Part shown: positions 1 through 9,765 of the stretch, piece after piece
Layout of the letters: each line of letters opens with the position of its first letter
Position numbering within the stretch: position 1 is the stretch's first letter
NCBI GenBank assembly: GCA_044223005.1
Contig: JBGAML010000001.1
Coordinates: 96,001 to 160,000, forward strand
DNA length: 64,000 nucleotides
Source: Candidatus Eiseniibacteriota bacterium
GTDB lineage: Bacteria; Eisenbacteria; RBG-16-71-46
Direction of reading: 5' to 3'
The notes under the pieces: generated by a model
What the model was told of the DNA's origin: nothing
The model's input: only the letters and a program-made list of their open reading frames with translations
Database searches by the model: none
Position numbers and translations under genes: made by a program

Positions 1-489
1 GGGGTCGACGGACGTTCCCGAGTAGTCGATCACGATGTCGACCGGCGTGCCGAACTGCGTGCCGTCCGGACCGAACTCCACCTGGACCGTGCCGTCCGAC
101 GCGTGCGCGACCGAAATGCCCTTCGGAACCTCGAGCGAGCCCGCGTGGAGGTCCAGCCCCCAGCGGCCCGAACCGATGTGCGTCTCGAGGCCGGGGAGCA
201 CCAGCCGCACGACGTCGAGCACGAACTGCAGCGTGCCCTCGAGGGGCGTCGCGTCCGGGTCCTTGACCGGCTGCAGGGGCGCCACCGACGTGTTGCGCGG
301 GCCGAAGTCGACGACGACCGGAATCTTCACCGCCGACGGGGCGTTGCCCGCCGCGGGCAACCCGGTCGAGACGCTCGTCCCTTCCGGTGCGAGTCCGGAG
401 TCGGGACTCGTCGGGGCGACGCGCCCGCATCCGGCGAGCAGCATCACCGCGACGGTCGCGACGGCGAGAACTCGATACTGGCGTGACAT
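1..489 (-). CDS. Lipoprotein, runs off the window edge (ZU5-like motif region)
   Basis: Manual translation from the ATG at 489: MSRQYRVLAVATVAVMLLAGC (lipobox) ... VEFGPDGTQFGTPVDIVIDY. AGGAGG RBS upstream. Not in the ORF track because there is no stop in the window. Confidence 0.75.
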   Translation of the reverse strand, partial: MSRQYRVLAVATVAVMLLAGCGRVAPTSPDSGLAPEGTSVSTGLPAAGNAPSAVKIPVVVDFGPRNTSVAPLQPVKDPDATPLEGTLQFVLDVVRLVLPGLETHIGSGRWGLDLHAGSLEVPKGISVAHASDGTVQVEFGPDGTQFGTPVDIVIDYSGTSVDP

Positions 490-558
490 CTCTCGTCCTC
501 CTGGGGATGGGGCCACGGGCCCGGGGGATGTCGCTTGCGTGCGGCACCCCTTCCCCAG

Positions 559-574
559 CGCAATGGTCGTGCCC
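559..574 (-). promoter_or_regulatory. Sigma-54 (-24/-12) promoter
   Basis: Minus strand GGGCACGACCATTGCG matches TGGCACG-N4-TTGC, about 70 nt upstream of the lipoprotein start. Confidence 0.7.
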
Positions 575-857
575 TCGCGACGGCGGAGCGCGTTGCGACA
601 CGCGAATGCGCGCGGCCGCGGATCCCGCGCCGGCGCAGCGCATTCGCGAATCGCGAGACGGGGGCGTGCCGCGCGCAACCCGGCGGCGAGACGGACCGCG
701 AGCGACGTGGGGCCGTGCGCGCACCGGCTGGGGAAACCGCCCCGCGCATTCGACGCGCGAGTCTCGGCTCCGCTCGCGGGAGTTGCCGGAACCGCCGCAA
801 ACGAACGGCGCGCGAGCGGGTGATCCGCTCGCGCGCCGTGACGATCCGACCGCGCCG

Positions 858-3800
858 TCAGACGTTGCGATGGCAGCTGTAGCAGGACGTCGCGCTGTAG
901 GTGTAGCCGGACTTGCCCTGGTGATCCTTGTCGACACTCGTCTTGTTCGAGTGCTCGTGGCAGGCGATGCACGTGAACGTCGCCAGGTTGCTCGGCGCCG
1001 TGTGGCAGTCGGCGCAGACGGTCCACTTGCTGCGGTGCTTGCCCGAGTAGATCTTGAACCAGCTCGCGTCGTGGGTGGTGATCTTGCCGGTCGACCAGGT
1101 CGTGGTCGTGTGACACGTCCCGCACTGGGCCGAGGGGAAGAAGGCCTCGGTGTGCGTCGGGGATGCGGAGTTCCAGTCGGCCTGGTGGCACGAGAGGCAG
1201 GCCGTGCTCTTGCCGTCGTAGACGCCGTCCGAATGGCACGACGTGCACGACGCGGAGACGTGCGCGCCGGTCAGCGGGAACGACGTGTTCGAATGGTTGA
1301 ACGTCGTCACCCACGTGCTCGTGTTGTGGCACGTGGCGCAGGCGTTGGTCGGGAACGACGCCGCGGTGTGCGGCGGCGTGGCCGTCGTGTACTTGGCCTG
1401 ATGGCACGAGTAGCAGGCCGTGCTCTTGCCGTCGTAGACGTTGTCCCCGTGACACGACGAGCAGGCGGCGGACACGTGCGCGCCCGTCAGCGGGAACGAC
1501 GTGTTGGCGTGGTTGAAGAGACCGCCCGACCAGGTCGAGGTGCTGTGGCAGACCGCGCACTGCGACGTCGGGAACGACGTGGCGTTGTGCGTCGGCGTCG
1601 CCGAGGCGTAGTCCGACTGATGGCAGGAGTAGCAGGCGGTGCTCTTGCCGTCGTAGACGCCGTCGTTGTGGCACGACACGCAGGCCGTGCCGACGTGCGC
1701 ACCCGTGAGCGGGAAGGACGTGGTCGAGTGGTTGAACGTCGTCACCCACGTCGACGTCGAGTGACACGTGGCGCAGGCGTTGGTCGGGAACGACGCCGCG
1801 GCATGCGGCGGCGTCGCCGAAGCGTAGGTGGAGGCGTGGCACGAGTAGCACGCGGTGCTCTTGCCCGCGTAGACGTTGTCGCCGTGGCACTGCACGCAGG
1901 TCGTGGAGACGTGCGCGCCGGTCAGCGGGAACTGCGTCAGCGAATGGTTGAAGAGCCCGTTCTGCCACGTCGAGGTCGAATGGCAGGTACCGCACTGCGC
2001 CTGCGGGAACGACGTGTTGTTGTGCGTCGGCGTCGCCGAGGCGTACGTGGACGCGTGGCACGAGTAGCACGCCGTGCTCTTGCCGTCGTAGACGCCGTCG
2101 TTGTGGCACGCCGTGCAGGCCGCCCCGACGTGCGCACCGGTCAGCGGGAACGACGTGGTGGAGTGGTTGAATGTCGTCACCCACGTGGATGTCGAGTGGC
2201 AGGTCGCGCAGGCGTTGGTCGGGAACGCTGCCGCCGTGTGCACGGGCGTCGCCGTCGCGTAGGTGGACGCGTGGCACGAGTAGCACGCGGTGCTCTTGCC
2301 CGCGTAGACGTTGTCGCCGTGGCACTGCACGCAGGTCGTGGAGACGTGCGCGCCGGTCAGCGGGAACTGCGTCAGCGAGTGGTTGAAGAGCCCGTTCTGC
2401 CACGTCGAGGTCGAATGGCAGGTGCCGCACTGCGCCTGCGGGAACGACGTGTTGTTGTGCGTCGGCGTCGCCGAGGCGTACGTGGACGCGTGGCACGAGT
2501 AGCAGGCGGTGCTCTTGCCATCGTAGACGCCGTCGCCGTGGCACGACGTGCAGGCTGCGCCGACGTGCGCGCCGGTCAGCGGGAACGACGTCGTCGAGTG
2601 GTTGAACGTCGTCACCCATGTCGACGTCGAATGGCAGGTCTTGCACGCGTTGGTCGGGAACGCCGTCGCCGTGTGCGTCGGCGTCGCCGAGGCGTACTTG
2701 GACTGGTGGCACGAGTAGCAGTCCATGCTCTTGCCCGCGTAGACGCCGTCGCCGTGACAGGACGCGCAGTCCGTCGAGACGTGGGCGCCCGTCAGCGGGA
2801 ACTTCGTCAGCGAGTGGTTGAAGAGCCCGTTCTGCCACGTCGAAGTCGAATGGCACGTGCCGCACTGCGCCTGCGGGAACGACGTGTTGTTGTGCGGCGG
2901 CGACGCCGAGGCGTACTTGGCCTGGTGGCACGAGTAGCAGGCGGTGCTCTTGCCGTCATAGACGCCGTCGTTGTGGCAGGACGTACAGGCCGCCCCGACG
3001 TGCGCGCCGGTCAGCGGGAACGACGTGGTGGAGTGGTTGAACGTCGTCACCCACGTCGACGTGCCGTGACAGGTCTTGCACGCGTTGGTCGGGAACGCGG
3101 TCGCGTTGTGCGTCGGCGTCGCCGACGCGTACTTGGCCTGGTGGCACGAATAGCAGTCGGTGCTCTTGGCGGCGTAGACGCCGTCACCGTGGCACGAGCT
3201 GCACGCCGCCGTGACGTGCGCGCCGGTGAGCGGGAACTGCGTCACCTGGTGGTTGAACAGGCCGCCGCTCCAGGTCGCCGTCGAATGGCAGGTGCTGCAC
3301 TGCGCCTGCGGGAACGACGTGTTGTTGTGCGGGGGCGTCGCCGCAGCGTACTTGGCCTGATGGCACGAGTAGCAGGTCGTGCTCTTGCCGGCGTAGACAC
3401 CGTCACCGTGACAGGACGCGCAGGCGGTCGTGACGTGCACGCCGGTGAGCGGGAACGCCGTCTTGGAGTGATCGAACGCCGTCGACCAGGAGCTGGTCGA
3501 GTGGCACGTCTTGCACTGCGCCGTCGGGAACGCCGCGGCCGTGTGCGTCGGGGTCGCCGAGGCGTACTTGGCCTGGTGGCACGCGTAGCAGTCGGTGCTC
3601 TTGCCCGCGTAGACCTTGTCGCCGTGGCACGAGGCGCACGCGGTGGTCACGTGCGCGCCCGTGAGCGGGAACTGGGTCTTCGAGTGGTCGTAGACCGCGT
3701 CGGCGAACGTGCGAGTGTTGTGGCAGGTCGCGCACTGGCTCGCGGCGAACCCGGCCGAAGCGTGGTCCGGCTGGGCATGCGTGTAGTCGTTGTTGTGGCA

Positions 3801-4523
3801 CGACGCGCAGTCCGTGGAAGCGGACTTGAAGTCGCTGCCGCTGTGGCACTGGGCGCAGTGCGCGTTCACGTGCGCGCCGGTCAGCGGGAAGGCCGTCTTG
3901 GAGTGATCGAACGTCGCCGACGTCCATTCGATCGCCGTATGGCAGCCCTGGCAATCCGTGGGGAACCCGGAGGCGGCGTGGTCCGGCGACTTGGTCGCGC
4001 GGTAGTCGGCCATGTGGCAGTTGGCGCAGTCGGCCCGCGTTCCCGCGAACTGCAGCTGGCCCTGTCCCGTGCCCTTGTGACACGACTCGCAGGCGACGCT
4101 GGCGTGGCTGCCGCTCAGCGGGAAGCGCGTCATCTCGTGCGCGCGAACCATCGGGCCACGGTCGGTGAACGAACGCGAGTTGTGGCAGCGGGCGCAGTCG
4201 GTGCCCATCTCGCCACGGTGCGGATCCTTGTGGCAGCTCGCGCACTGCGCGCGGGCCGTCGAGAAGTCGAGCGAGGTGTGGCAGGACTGGCAGTTGTTCG
4301 TGGCGTGCGCGCCTTCGAGCGGCATGCCGTAGCTCGCGTGGTCGAACTTCGGGCTCAGCTTGAGCTGGGTCCAGCTCGACGGCCCGTGGCAGAGCGAGCA
4401 CTCGCCCTTGAACTTGCCATGCGGGTTGTTCGTGACCTTGGGAGCAGCACCCGCGCGCGGAATGGCGACGACCGCCGCGACCGCGAGAGCGATCGCAACG
4501 GCGGGCAGCAGGACGCGCTTCAT
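858..4523 (-). CDS. Giant secreted multiheme cytochrome c (49 CxxCH motifs)
   Basis: Signal peptide MKRVLLPAVAIALAVAAVVAIPRAGA. 49 CxxCH motifs counted by hand. Repeating FNH..FPLTGAH..CxxCH..CxxCH..H..CxxCH units. Confidence 0.95.
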   Translation of the reverse strand: MKRVLLPAVAIALAVAAVVAIPRAGAAPKVTNNPHGKFKGECSLCHGPSSWTQLKLSPKFDHASYGMPLEGAHATNNCQSCHTSLDFSTARAQCASCHKDPHRGEMGTDCARCHNSRSFTDRGPMVRAHEMTRFPLSGSHASVACESCHKGTGQGQLQFAGTRADCANCHMADYRATKSPDHAASGFPTDCQGCHTAIEWTSATFDHSKTAFPLTGAHVNAHCAQCHSGSDFKSASTDCASCHNNDYTHAQPDHASAGFAASQCATCHNTRTFADAVYDHSKTQFPLTGAHVTTACASCHGDKVYAGKSTDCYACHQAKYASATPTHTAAAFPTAQCKTCHSTSSWSTAFDHSKTAFPLTGVHVTTACASCHGDGVYAGKSTTCYSCHQAKYAAATPPHNNTSFPQAQCSTCHSTATWSGGLFNHQVTQFPLTGAHVTAACSSCHGDGVYAAKSTDCYSCHQAKYASATPTHNATAFPTNACKTCHGTSTWVTTFNHSTTSFPLTGAHVGAACTSCHNDGVYDGKSTACYSCHQAKYASASPPHNNTSFPQAQCGTCHSTSTWQNGLFNHSLTKFPLTGAHVSTDCASCHGDGVYAGKSMDCYSCHQSKYASATPTHTATAFPTNACKTCHSTSTWVTTFNHSTTSFPLTGAHVGAACTSCHGDGVYDGKSTACYSCHASTYASATPTHNNTSFPQAQCGTCHSTSTWQNGLFNHSLTQFPLTGAHVSTTCVQCHGDNVYAGKSTACYSCHASTYATATPVHTAAAFPTNACATCHSTSTWVTTFNHSTTSFPLTGAHVGAACTACHNDGVYDGKSTACYSCHASTYASATPTHNNTSFPQAQCGTCHSTSTWQNGLFNHSLTQFPLTGAHVSTTCVQCHGDNVYAGKSTACYSCHASTYASATPPHAAASFPTNACATCHSTSTWVTTFNHSTTSFPLTGAHVGTACVSCHNDGVYDGKSTACYSCHQSDYASATPTHNATSFPTSQCAVCHSTSTWSGGLFNHANTSFPLTGAHVSAACSSCHGDNVYDGKSTACYSCHQAKYTTATPPHTAASFPTNACATCHNTSTWVTTFNHSNTSFPLTGAHVSASCTSCHSDGVYDGKSTACLSCHQADWNSASPTHTEAFFPSAQCGTCHTTTTWSTGKITTHDASWFKIYSGKHRSKWTVCADCHTAPSNLATFTCIACHEHSNKTSVDKDHQGKSGYTYSATSCYSCHRNV
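1100..3950 (-). repeat. Coding tandem repeats of about 216-219 bp with a higher-order 435-bp period
   Basis: About 1841-2070 and about 2276-2505 are almost identical DNA at a 435-bp offset. Identical shadow ORFs occur at 1876 and 2311. Confidence 0.9.
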
Positions 4524-4626
4524 CGTCGACAGGCCTCGGTACACGTTCGGGTGCTCCGGGATGGACGGTCGGGGCCGAACCAGGTATCCGTGGGCGACAC
4601 TCCGTACTTATACCGAGTTTCGACAC

Positions 4627-4642
4627 CGCAAGTCCCGCGCCT
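4627..4642 (-). promoter_or_regulatory. Probable sigma-54 promoter of the multiheme cytochrome, next to an AT-rich IHF-like site (about 4647-4672)
   Basis: Minus strand AGGCGCGGGACTTGCG (GG-N10-GC). The adjacent TTTCAACGTATTT resembles the IHF consensus WATCAA-N4-TTR. Confidence 0.55.
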
Positions 4643-4827
4643 GATCGAAAAATATGTGTTTCAACGTATTTTCGGGGACCGCGGTTTAGTCATCCCGCGA
4701 GTTTTCCGCCATTTCGCAACGAAGACCCGGACGTCGGCAGGCGATTCGCAATAGCGTCCGGGCCGGGGCGGCCGCCTCCGACGCCCGAGGTGCGCCCGGG
4801 GCCGTCCGCGGCTACCCTGCTCTCGGC

Positions 4828-5979
4828 ATGTCTCGCACCCCCTCCCTCCTCGCCGAATGCCGCGCCCTCCAGGCGGCGGTCGCCGCCCACCCCACGCTGG
4901 CCGCGCTCGAATCCGCCCCCGACTGGCCGCAGCTCGAAGCGCGCCTGGCCACGCTGCTGGGAACCGTGCACCGCACCGATCCCGGCCGGCCGGTGGCGCC
5001 CGCCGCCGACCCTTCCCGGGTCCGGCTGGTGCAGTGGAACATCGAGCACGGCAACTGGTACCCGCAGGTCGAGTCCGCGCTGCTCGCCCACCCGGAACTG
5101 GCCGGTGCGGACGTGATCACGCTGGACGAGATCGACCTCGGCTGCGCCCGCGCGGGCAACCGCGACGTCGCCGCCGACCTCGCCCGCGCGCTCGGCATGC
5201 ACGCCGCATGGGCCCCGCTCTTCCTCGAAACGACCGTCGGGCGCGACGACGACCCGCGGATGGCCGCCGGGCGAACGAACGAGGAAGGGCTGTTCGGCAT
5301 CGCGGTGCTCTCGCGCTGGCCGCTCGGCGAAGCCCGCATCGTGGAGCTCCCGAGTCCGCGCCGGCTGCAGTTCGAGCTCGAGCGCATGATCGGCCGCCAC
5401 GGCGCGCTGATCGTGGAGGTGCTGCGCCCCGGCGCGCCGTTCGTGGCCGTCGCCGCACACCTCGAGGTGCACCGCACGCGTGCGCACCGCGCGGACCAGA
5501 TGCGCGCGATCGTGGACGCGCTCGCCGGCGAGCGGCGCCCCGTGGCGATCGCGGGCGATTTCAACACGCACACGTTCGACCGCGGGCTCTGGCACTCCGC
5601 CCTGCACGGGGCATCGGCGCTGCTCCTCTACCCGGGCGCGCTGCTGCGCCGGCGGCTGCTGCACCCGGACGAGGGCTTCGCGCACGAGCCGTTGTTCGAC
5701 GAGTTGCGGCGCGGCGGCTTCGCGTGGGCGCCGTACGTCGACTTCGCGCCGACGCTGCAGCTGCGCTTCGACCGGCTCGAGGAGCTGCAGATGCTGCCCG
5801 GCCCGCTGCACGCGCTCGCCGATCGCGTGCTCGGTTGGGCGGTGCGCCGTGGGGCGCTGCGGCTCGACTGGATCTGCGGCCGCGGCTGGCGCGGCGGTTC
5901 GGGTCGCACCGTGCACGGCCTGGACGGCCGCGATCTCGCCTCCGACCACGCCCCGATCGTCGCCGACCTGGCCGGCTGA
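4828..5979 (+). CDS. Endonuclease/exonuclease/phosphatase (EEP) family protein
   Basis: QWNIEHG, AGDFN, LDWI and SDHAP motifs. Confidence 0.85.
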   Translation: MSRTPSLLAECRALQAAVAAHPTLAALESAPDWPQLEARLATLLGTVHRTDPGRPVAPAADPSRVRLVQWNIEHGNWYPQVESALLAHPELAGADVITLDEIDLGCARAGNRDVAADLARALGMHAAWAPLFLETTVGRDDDPRMAAGRTNEEGLFGIAVLSRWPLGEARIVELPSPRRLQFELERMIGRHGALIVEVLRPGAPFVAVAAHLEVHRTRAHRADQMRAIVDALAGERRPVAIAGDFNTHTFDRGLWHSALHGASALLLYPGALLRRRLLHPDEGFAHEPLFDELRRGGFAWAPYVDFAPTLQLRFDRLEELQMLPGPLHALADRVLGWAVRRGALRLDWICGRGWRGGSGRTVHGLDGRDLASDHAPIVADLAG

Positions 5980-6095
5980 GTTCAGCACGGCCAACCGGCG
6001 GCTCTGCTAGGGTCTGCTCGCACCCCGCGCGCCGCGCGCGGCCGGCAACCGGCGGCCGGCGGTGGCCGTAGGCCGAACATCACCCGAGACCGACG

Positions 6096-6887
6096 ATGTC
6101 CGAATACGCCATCGAAACCCAGGACCTCACGCGCACGTTCGGCGCCCAGACGGCGCTGGACGCGCTCACGCTGCGGGTCCCCGAAGGCTCGTTCTTCGGG
6201 TTCCTCGGGCCCAACGGCGCGGGCAAGTCGACGACGATCAACATCCTCACCGGGCTGCTGTCCCCGACCTCCGGTTCCGCGCGCATCCTCGGCTACGACG
6301 TGGTGTCGCAGGACCTCGAGATCAAGCGCCGCATCGGCGTCGTGCCCGATGGCCTGCACCTGTTCGACCGCCTCACCGGCATGGAGCACCTGCGCTTCGT
6401 CGGCGAGATCCAGGGCCTCGCGCCGGCGGTCGCGCGCGAACGTGGGCGCGAACTGCTCGAGGCCATGGACCTGGCCGCGTCGGCGAACAAGCCGATCTCC
6501 GGGTACTCCCACGGCATGCGCAAGAAGCTCGCCCTCTCGTGTGCGCTGATCCACGAGCCGCGCGTCCTCTTCCTCGACGAGCCGTTCGAGGGCGTCGATG
6601 CGATCGCGACGCGCGAGATCCGCGAGCTGCTGCAGCGGCTGGTCGCGAAGCGCCGGGTGACCGTCTTCCTCACCTCCCACGTGCTCGAGGTCGTCGAGCG
6701 CCTGTGCACGCGGGTCGGGATCGTCGCGAAGGGACGGCTCGTGGCCGAGGGCTCGCTCGACGAACTGCGCCGCGCCGAGGACGGCTCGACGCGCTCGCTC
6801 GAGGATCTCTTCCTCGACAAGGTCGGCGCCGCGCGGCCCGATGCGGCGGACGGCCTCGACTGGCTGACCGGAGGCCGCGACGCGTGA
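6096..6887 (+). CDS. ABC transporter ATP-binding protein
   Basis: GPNGAGKST Walker A, YSHGM signature, LFLDEP Walker B. Confidence 0.95.
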   Translation: MSEYAIETQDLTRTFGAQTALDALTLRVPEGSFFGFLGPNGAGKSTTINILTGLLSPTSGSARILGYDVVSQDLEIKRRIGVVPDGLHLFDRLTGMEHLRFVGEIQGLAPAVARERGRELLEAMDLAASANKPISGYSHGMRKKLALSCALIHEPRVLFLDEPFEGVDAIATREIRELLQRLVAKRRVTVFLTSHVLEVVERLCTRVGIVAKGRLVAEGSLDELRRAEDGSTRSLEDLFLDKVGAARPDAADGLDWLTGGRDA

Positions 6888-8524
6888 GAACGCTGCGGCT
6901 CCTGCTGTGGCTGCGGTGGAAGCTGTTCCTCGGCGCGACAACGGTCGGCAACCGTGTCGGCGGCGCGGTCTTCACGTTCCTGATGCTGGTCGCGTTCTCG
7001 CCCGCGTGGCTCGGCGGCGCCATCGGCGCGTTCGGCGGGGTCGAGCGCTACGGCGCTCCCGCGGCGATCGTCGCGTTCGGGATCGCCCAGCTCGCGTGGA
7101 TCATGCTCGGCCTGCTCTCGGGCGCGCTCGGGCGCGCGTTCGACCTCGACCTGTTCCTCCGCTACCCGGTGCGGCCGCGCACGGTGTTCTCGATCAACGT
7201 GGTCGCCTCGCTGCTCTCGCCCACGCCGCTCATGATCCTGCCGACGATCGTCGGCGTCGCGCTCGGAGCCGGCGCCCGCTCCGGTCCCGGCGCGATGGTC
7301 GCGGCGGCGGCCGGCGGCGCGCTGCTCATGCTCGTCACGGCCGCGCTGCTGCAGGTACTGCTCGCGCTGCTCGACGAGGCGCTGCGCCGCGAGAGCGTGC
7401 GCTACATCGCGACGGGCCTCATGGCGCTGGTCTTCGTGGGCCTGCAGTTCGTGGCGCGCCTCGCGATGCGCCACCTCGCGCAGGACCTGGCGCAGCGCGT
7501 CCTGCACCGCGAACTCGGCGCCGACGAGGCGCTCGCGCTCGCCGCCGGGCTGTTCGTGCGCATCCCCACGATCGGCGCGCCGGCCGCGGTCGTCGCCGGT
7601 GCGCTCGACGGCGCGCCGCTGCGGCTCGCGCTCGGGATCGCGGGCTCGCTGGGGCTGCTCGCGCTCGCGATCGTTCCGGGCGCCGCGCTGATGCGCCACA
7701 CCGTGCGCGGCGGCGAGAGCCACGCGGCCCGGCCCGCGGGCACCGTGCGCGAATCGAACGGCGGGTTCGGGCTCGGCCGCTCGTTCCTGCCGCCCGTGGC
7801 GGCGCTCGTGCTTCGGCGCGAGGTGCTGCAGACGCTGCGCCACCCGCAGCGCCTGATGTCGGTCGTGATGGCGCCGCTCATCAGCATCGTCTTCTTCTTC
7901 ACCGCCCGTCCCGGCCACAACCACGGAATCATCAGCGCGCTGTTCGTCCTGCTGATGCTCGCCTCCGCGGCGGGCTCGTCCAGCCTGCTGCTCTTCGCCT
8001 ACGACGGGCCTGGCGTGCGTTCGTTCTTCCTCCTGCCGTGCCGCGCGCGGGACGTCCTGCTGGGCAAGAACCTCGAGCAGCTCATGCGGCTCGTGATCCA
8101 GGTGATGCTCGCGCTCGTGGTGCTCGGCCTGCTCGCCCGCGGGCTCTGGACGCCGCTCTTCGTCACCGCGCTCATCGCCGCGATCGCGGTCATCGCCTGC
8201 ACGCTCGCCGCGGGGACGGCGGTATCCATCCGCCAGCCCGTGCGCGCCCGCCGTCGCGGACTCACCGGCCGAGGCGCGAACAGCTGGGAATCGATGGCCG
8301 TCTCGATCGGCACCTGGCTCGCCGGCGCGCTCGTCGGCGGCATCATCTGGGGTACGCGCCGGCTCTCGGGTCCGTGGGCGGATCCGGCCGGACTCGCGGT
8401 GGCCGTTCTCGCGCTCGCCGCGGGGATCGCGATCTGGTGGCGGTCGCTCGATCTCAACGCGGCCCTCATGCTGGAGCGGCGCGAGCGGCTGATCGAGGTG
8501 CTCGGGCGCATCGAGGAGGAGTGA
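6884..8524 (+). CDS. ABC-2 type permease / multi-TM membrane protein
   Basis: GTG start overlaps the ATPase stop. Many hydrophobic segments. Confidence 0.8.
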   Translation: MRTLRLLLWLRWKLFLGATTVGNRVGGAVFTFLMLVAFSPAWLGGAIGAFGGVERYGAPAAIVAFGIAQLAWIMLGLLSGALGRAFDLDLFLRYPVRPRTVFSINVVASLLSPTPLMILPTIVGVALGAGARSGPGAMVAAAAGGALLMLVTAALLQVLLALLDEALRRESVRYIATGLMALVFVGLQFVARLAMRHLAQDLAQRVLHRELGADEALALAAGLFVRIPTIGAPAAVVAGALDGAPLRLALGIAGSLGLLALAIVPGAALMRHTVRGGESHAARPAGTVRESNGGFGLGRSFLPPVAALVLRREVLQTLRHPQRLMSVVMAPLISIVFFFTARPGHNHGIISALFVLLMLASAAGSSSLLLFAYDGPGVRSFFLLPCRARDVLLGKNLEQLMRLVIQVMLALVVLGLLARGLWTPLFVTALIAAIAVIACTLAAGTAVSIRQPVRARRRGLTGRGANSWESMAVSIGTWLAGALVGGIIWGTRRLSGPWADPAGLAVAVLALAAGIAIWWRSLDLNAALMLERRERLIEVLGRIEEE

Positions 8525-8600
8525 GCGCCGCGTTGCGGCCGTCGCGCGCGCCCGTTAGGCTCCCTCGCCCTCACTCCGTCGCGACTCCCCCGAGGAACCC

Positions 8601-9755
8601 ATGAACGCCCCCACGCCCCGCTCGCTCGCCGTGATCGGCGCCGGCCCGGTCGGCCTCGAAGCCGCCGCCGCCGCGCTCGAAGCCGGATTCGACGTCCACG
8701 TGTTCGAACGCGGCGAAGTCGGCGCGCACCCGCTCGCCTGGGGCCACGTCCGGATGTTCACGCCGTGGCGCGCGAACGTCGGCCCGGCCTCGGCGCGGCT
8801 GCTCGCGCGGAACGGCTGGACCCCGCCGGAGCCCGAGACGTGCCCGAGCGGCGCCGAGCTCGCCGCGACGCTGCTCGCGCCGCTGGCGGCGTGCCCCGAG
8901 CTGAAGGGCCGCATCCACGAGCATTCGCACGTCGCGCACGTCTCCCGCCGCGGCCGGCGCCGCGGCGAGGGTCTCGCAGACGGCTCGCGGCGCAGCGCGC
9001 CGTTCCGGCTGCTCGTGCGCGACGCGGGCGGACGCGAGAACTTCCTGCACGCGTTCGCGGTGATCGACGCGAGCGGCGTCTACGGGACGCCGAACCGCGC
9101 CGGCACCGGCGGCATCCCGGCGCGCGGTGAGACCTACCTCGCGCCGCAGATGACCGTGCGCTGCGACGACGTCGCCGGGTTGCGGCGCGCGCGTCACGCG
9201 GGACGGCGCACGCTGGTGATCGGCGGCGGCGCTTCGGCCGCCACGACGGTCCTCGCGCTGGCCGGCCTGGCCGCCGAGGTGCCCGGCACCACGGTGGCGT
9301 GGGCGACGCGCGCCGCGGGCGGCCCGTTCGCCGGTGAACGCGAGAACGATCCGCTGCCCGCGCGAGCCGCGCTGCACGCCGCCGCGCACGCGCTGCGCGA
9401 CGGTTCCGACCCGGCGGTGACCGGGATCGGTGGCGCCGAGGTGGAGGGCTTCGAGTTCAACTCCGCGACCCACCGCTACCGGGTCGCGCTCGCGCAGGAC
9501 GGCCGTACGCGCATCGAGGAAGTGGACGAAGTGGTGATCAACACCGGCTTCTCCGCCGACGACTCGATCCATCGCGAACTCGACGTGCGCCTTCCCGACG
9601 GCGAGGCCAGCGCCGAGCCGCTGGAGCAGGTCGAGCCCGACTACTGGATCGTGGGCGCCAAGTCGGCCGCGCGCGCGAGCGACGTGCGGCTCGAGAAGGG
9701 TTACGCGCAGGTGGCGGCCGTGGTCGCGCGCCTGTCCGCGGCGTTCCCGGCCTGA
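8601..9755 (+). CDS. FAD-dependent oxidoreductase (flavin monooxygenase-like)
   Basis: IGAGPVG FAD motif, VIDASG, second IGGGASA nucleotide-binding motif. Confidence 0.85.
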   Translation: MNAPTPRSLAVIGAGPVGLEAAAAALEAGFDVHVFERGEVGAHPLAWGHVRMFTPWRANVGPASARLLARNGWTPPEPETCPSGAELAATLLAPLAACPELKGRIHEHSHVAHVSRRGRRRGEGLADGSRRSAPFRLLVRDAGGRENFLHAFAVIDASGVYGTPNRAGTGGIPARGETYLAPQMTVRCDDVAGLRRARHAGRRTLVIGGGASAATTVLALAGLAAEVPGTTVAWATRAAGGPFAGERENDPLPARAALHAAAHALRDGSDPAVTGIGGAEVEGFEFNSATHRYRVALAQDGRTRIEEVDEVVINTGFSADDSIHRELDVRLPDGEASAEPLEQVEPDYWIVGAKSAARASDVRLEKGYAQVAAVVARLSAAFPA

Positions 9756-9765
9756 GGCGCGGCGA

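Noticed and set aside
858..4523. Regular repeats as a CRISPR array or DGR template/variable repeats
   Set aside because: The repeats are in-frame heme-binding modules with no unique spacers. There is no cas or reverse transcriptase gene in the window.
387..4754. 1455-aa plus-strand ORF and the many other long Arg/Ala/Gly-rich ORFs (e.g. 13250-17368, 17540-20818, 36859-40323)
   Set aside because: These are shadow frames of real genes, caused by stop-codon scarcity at very high GC. They contain no recognisable motifs.
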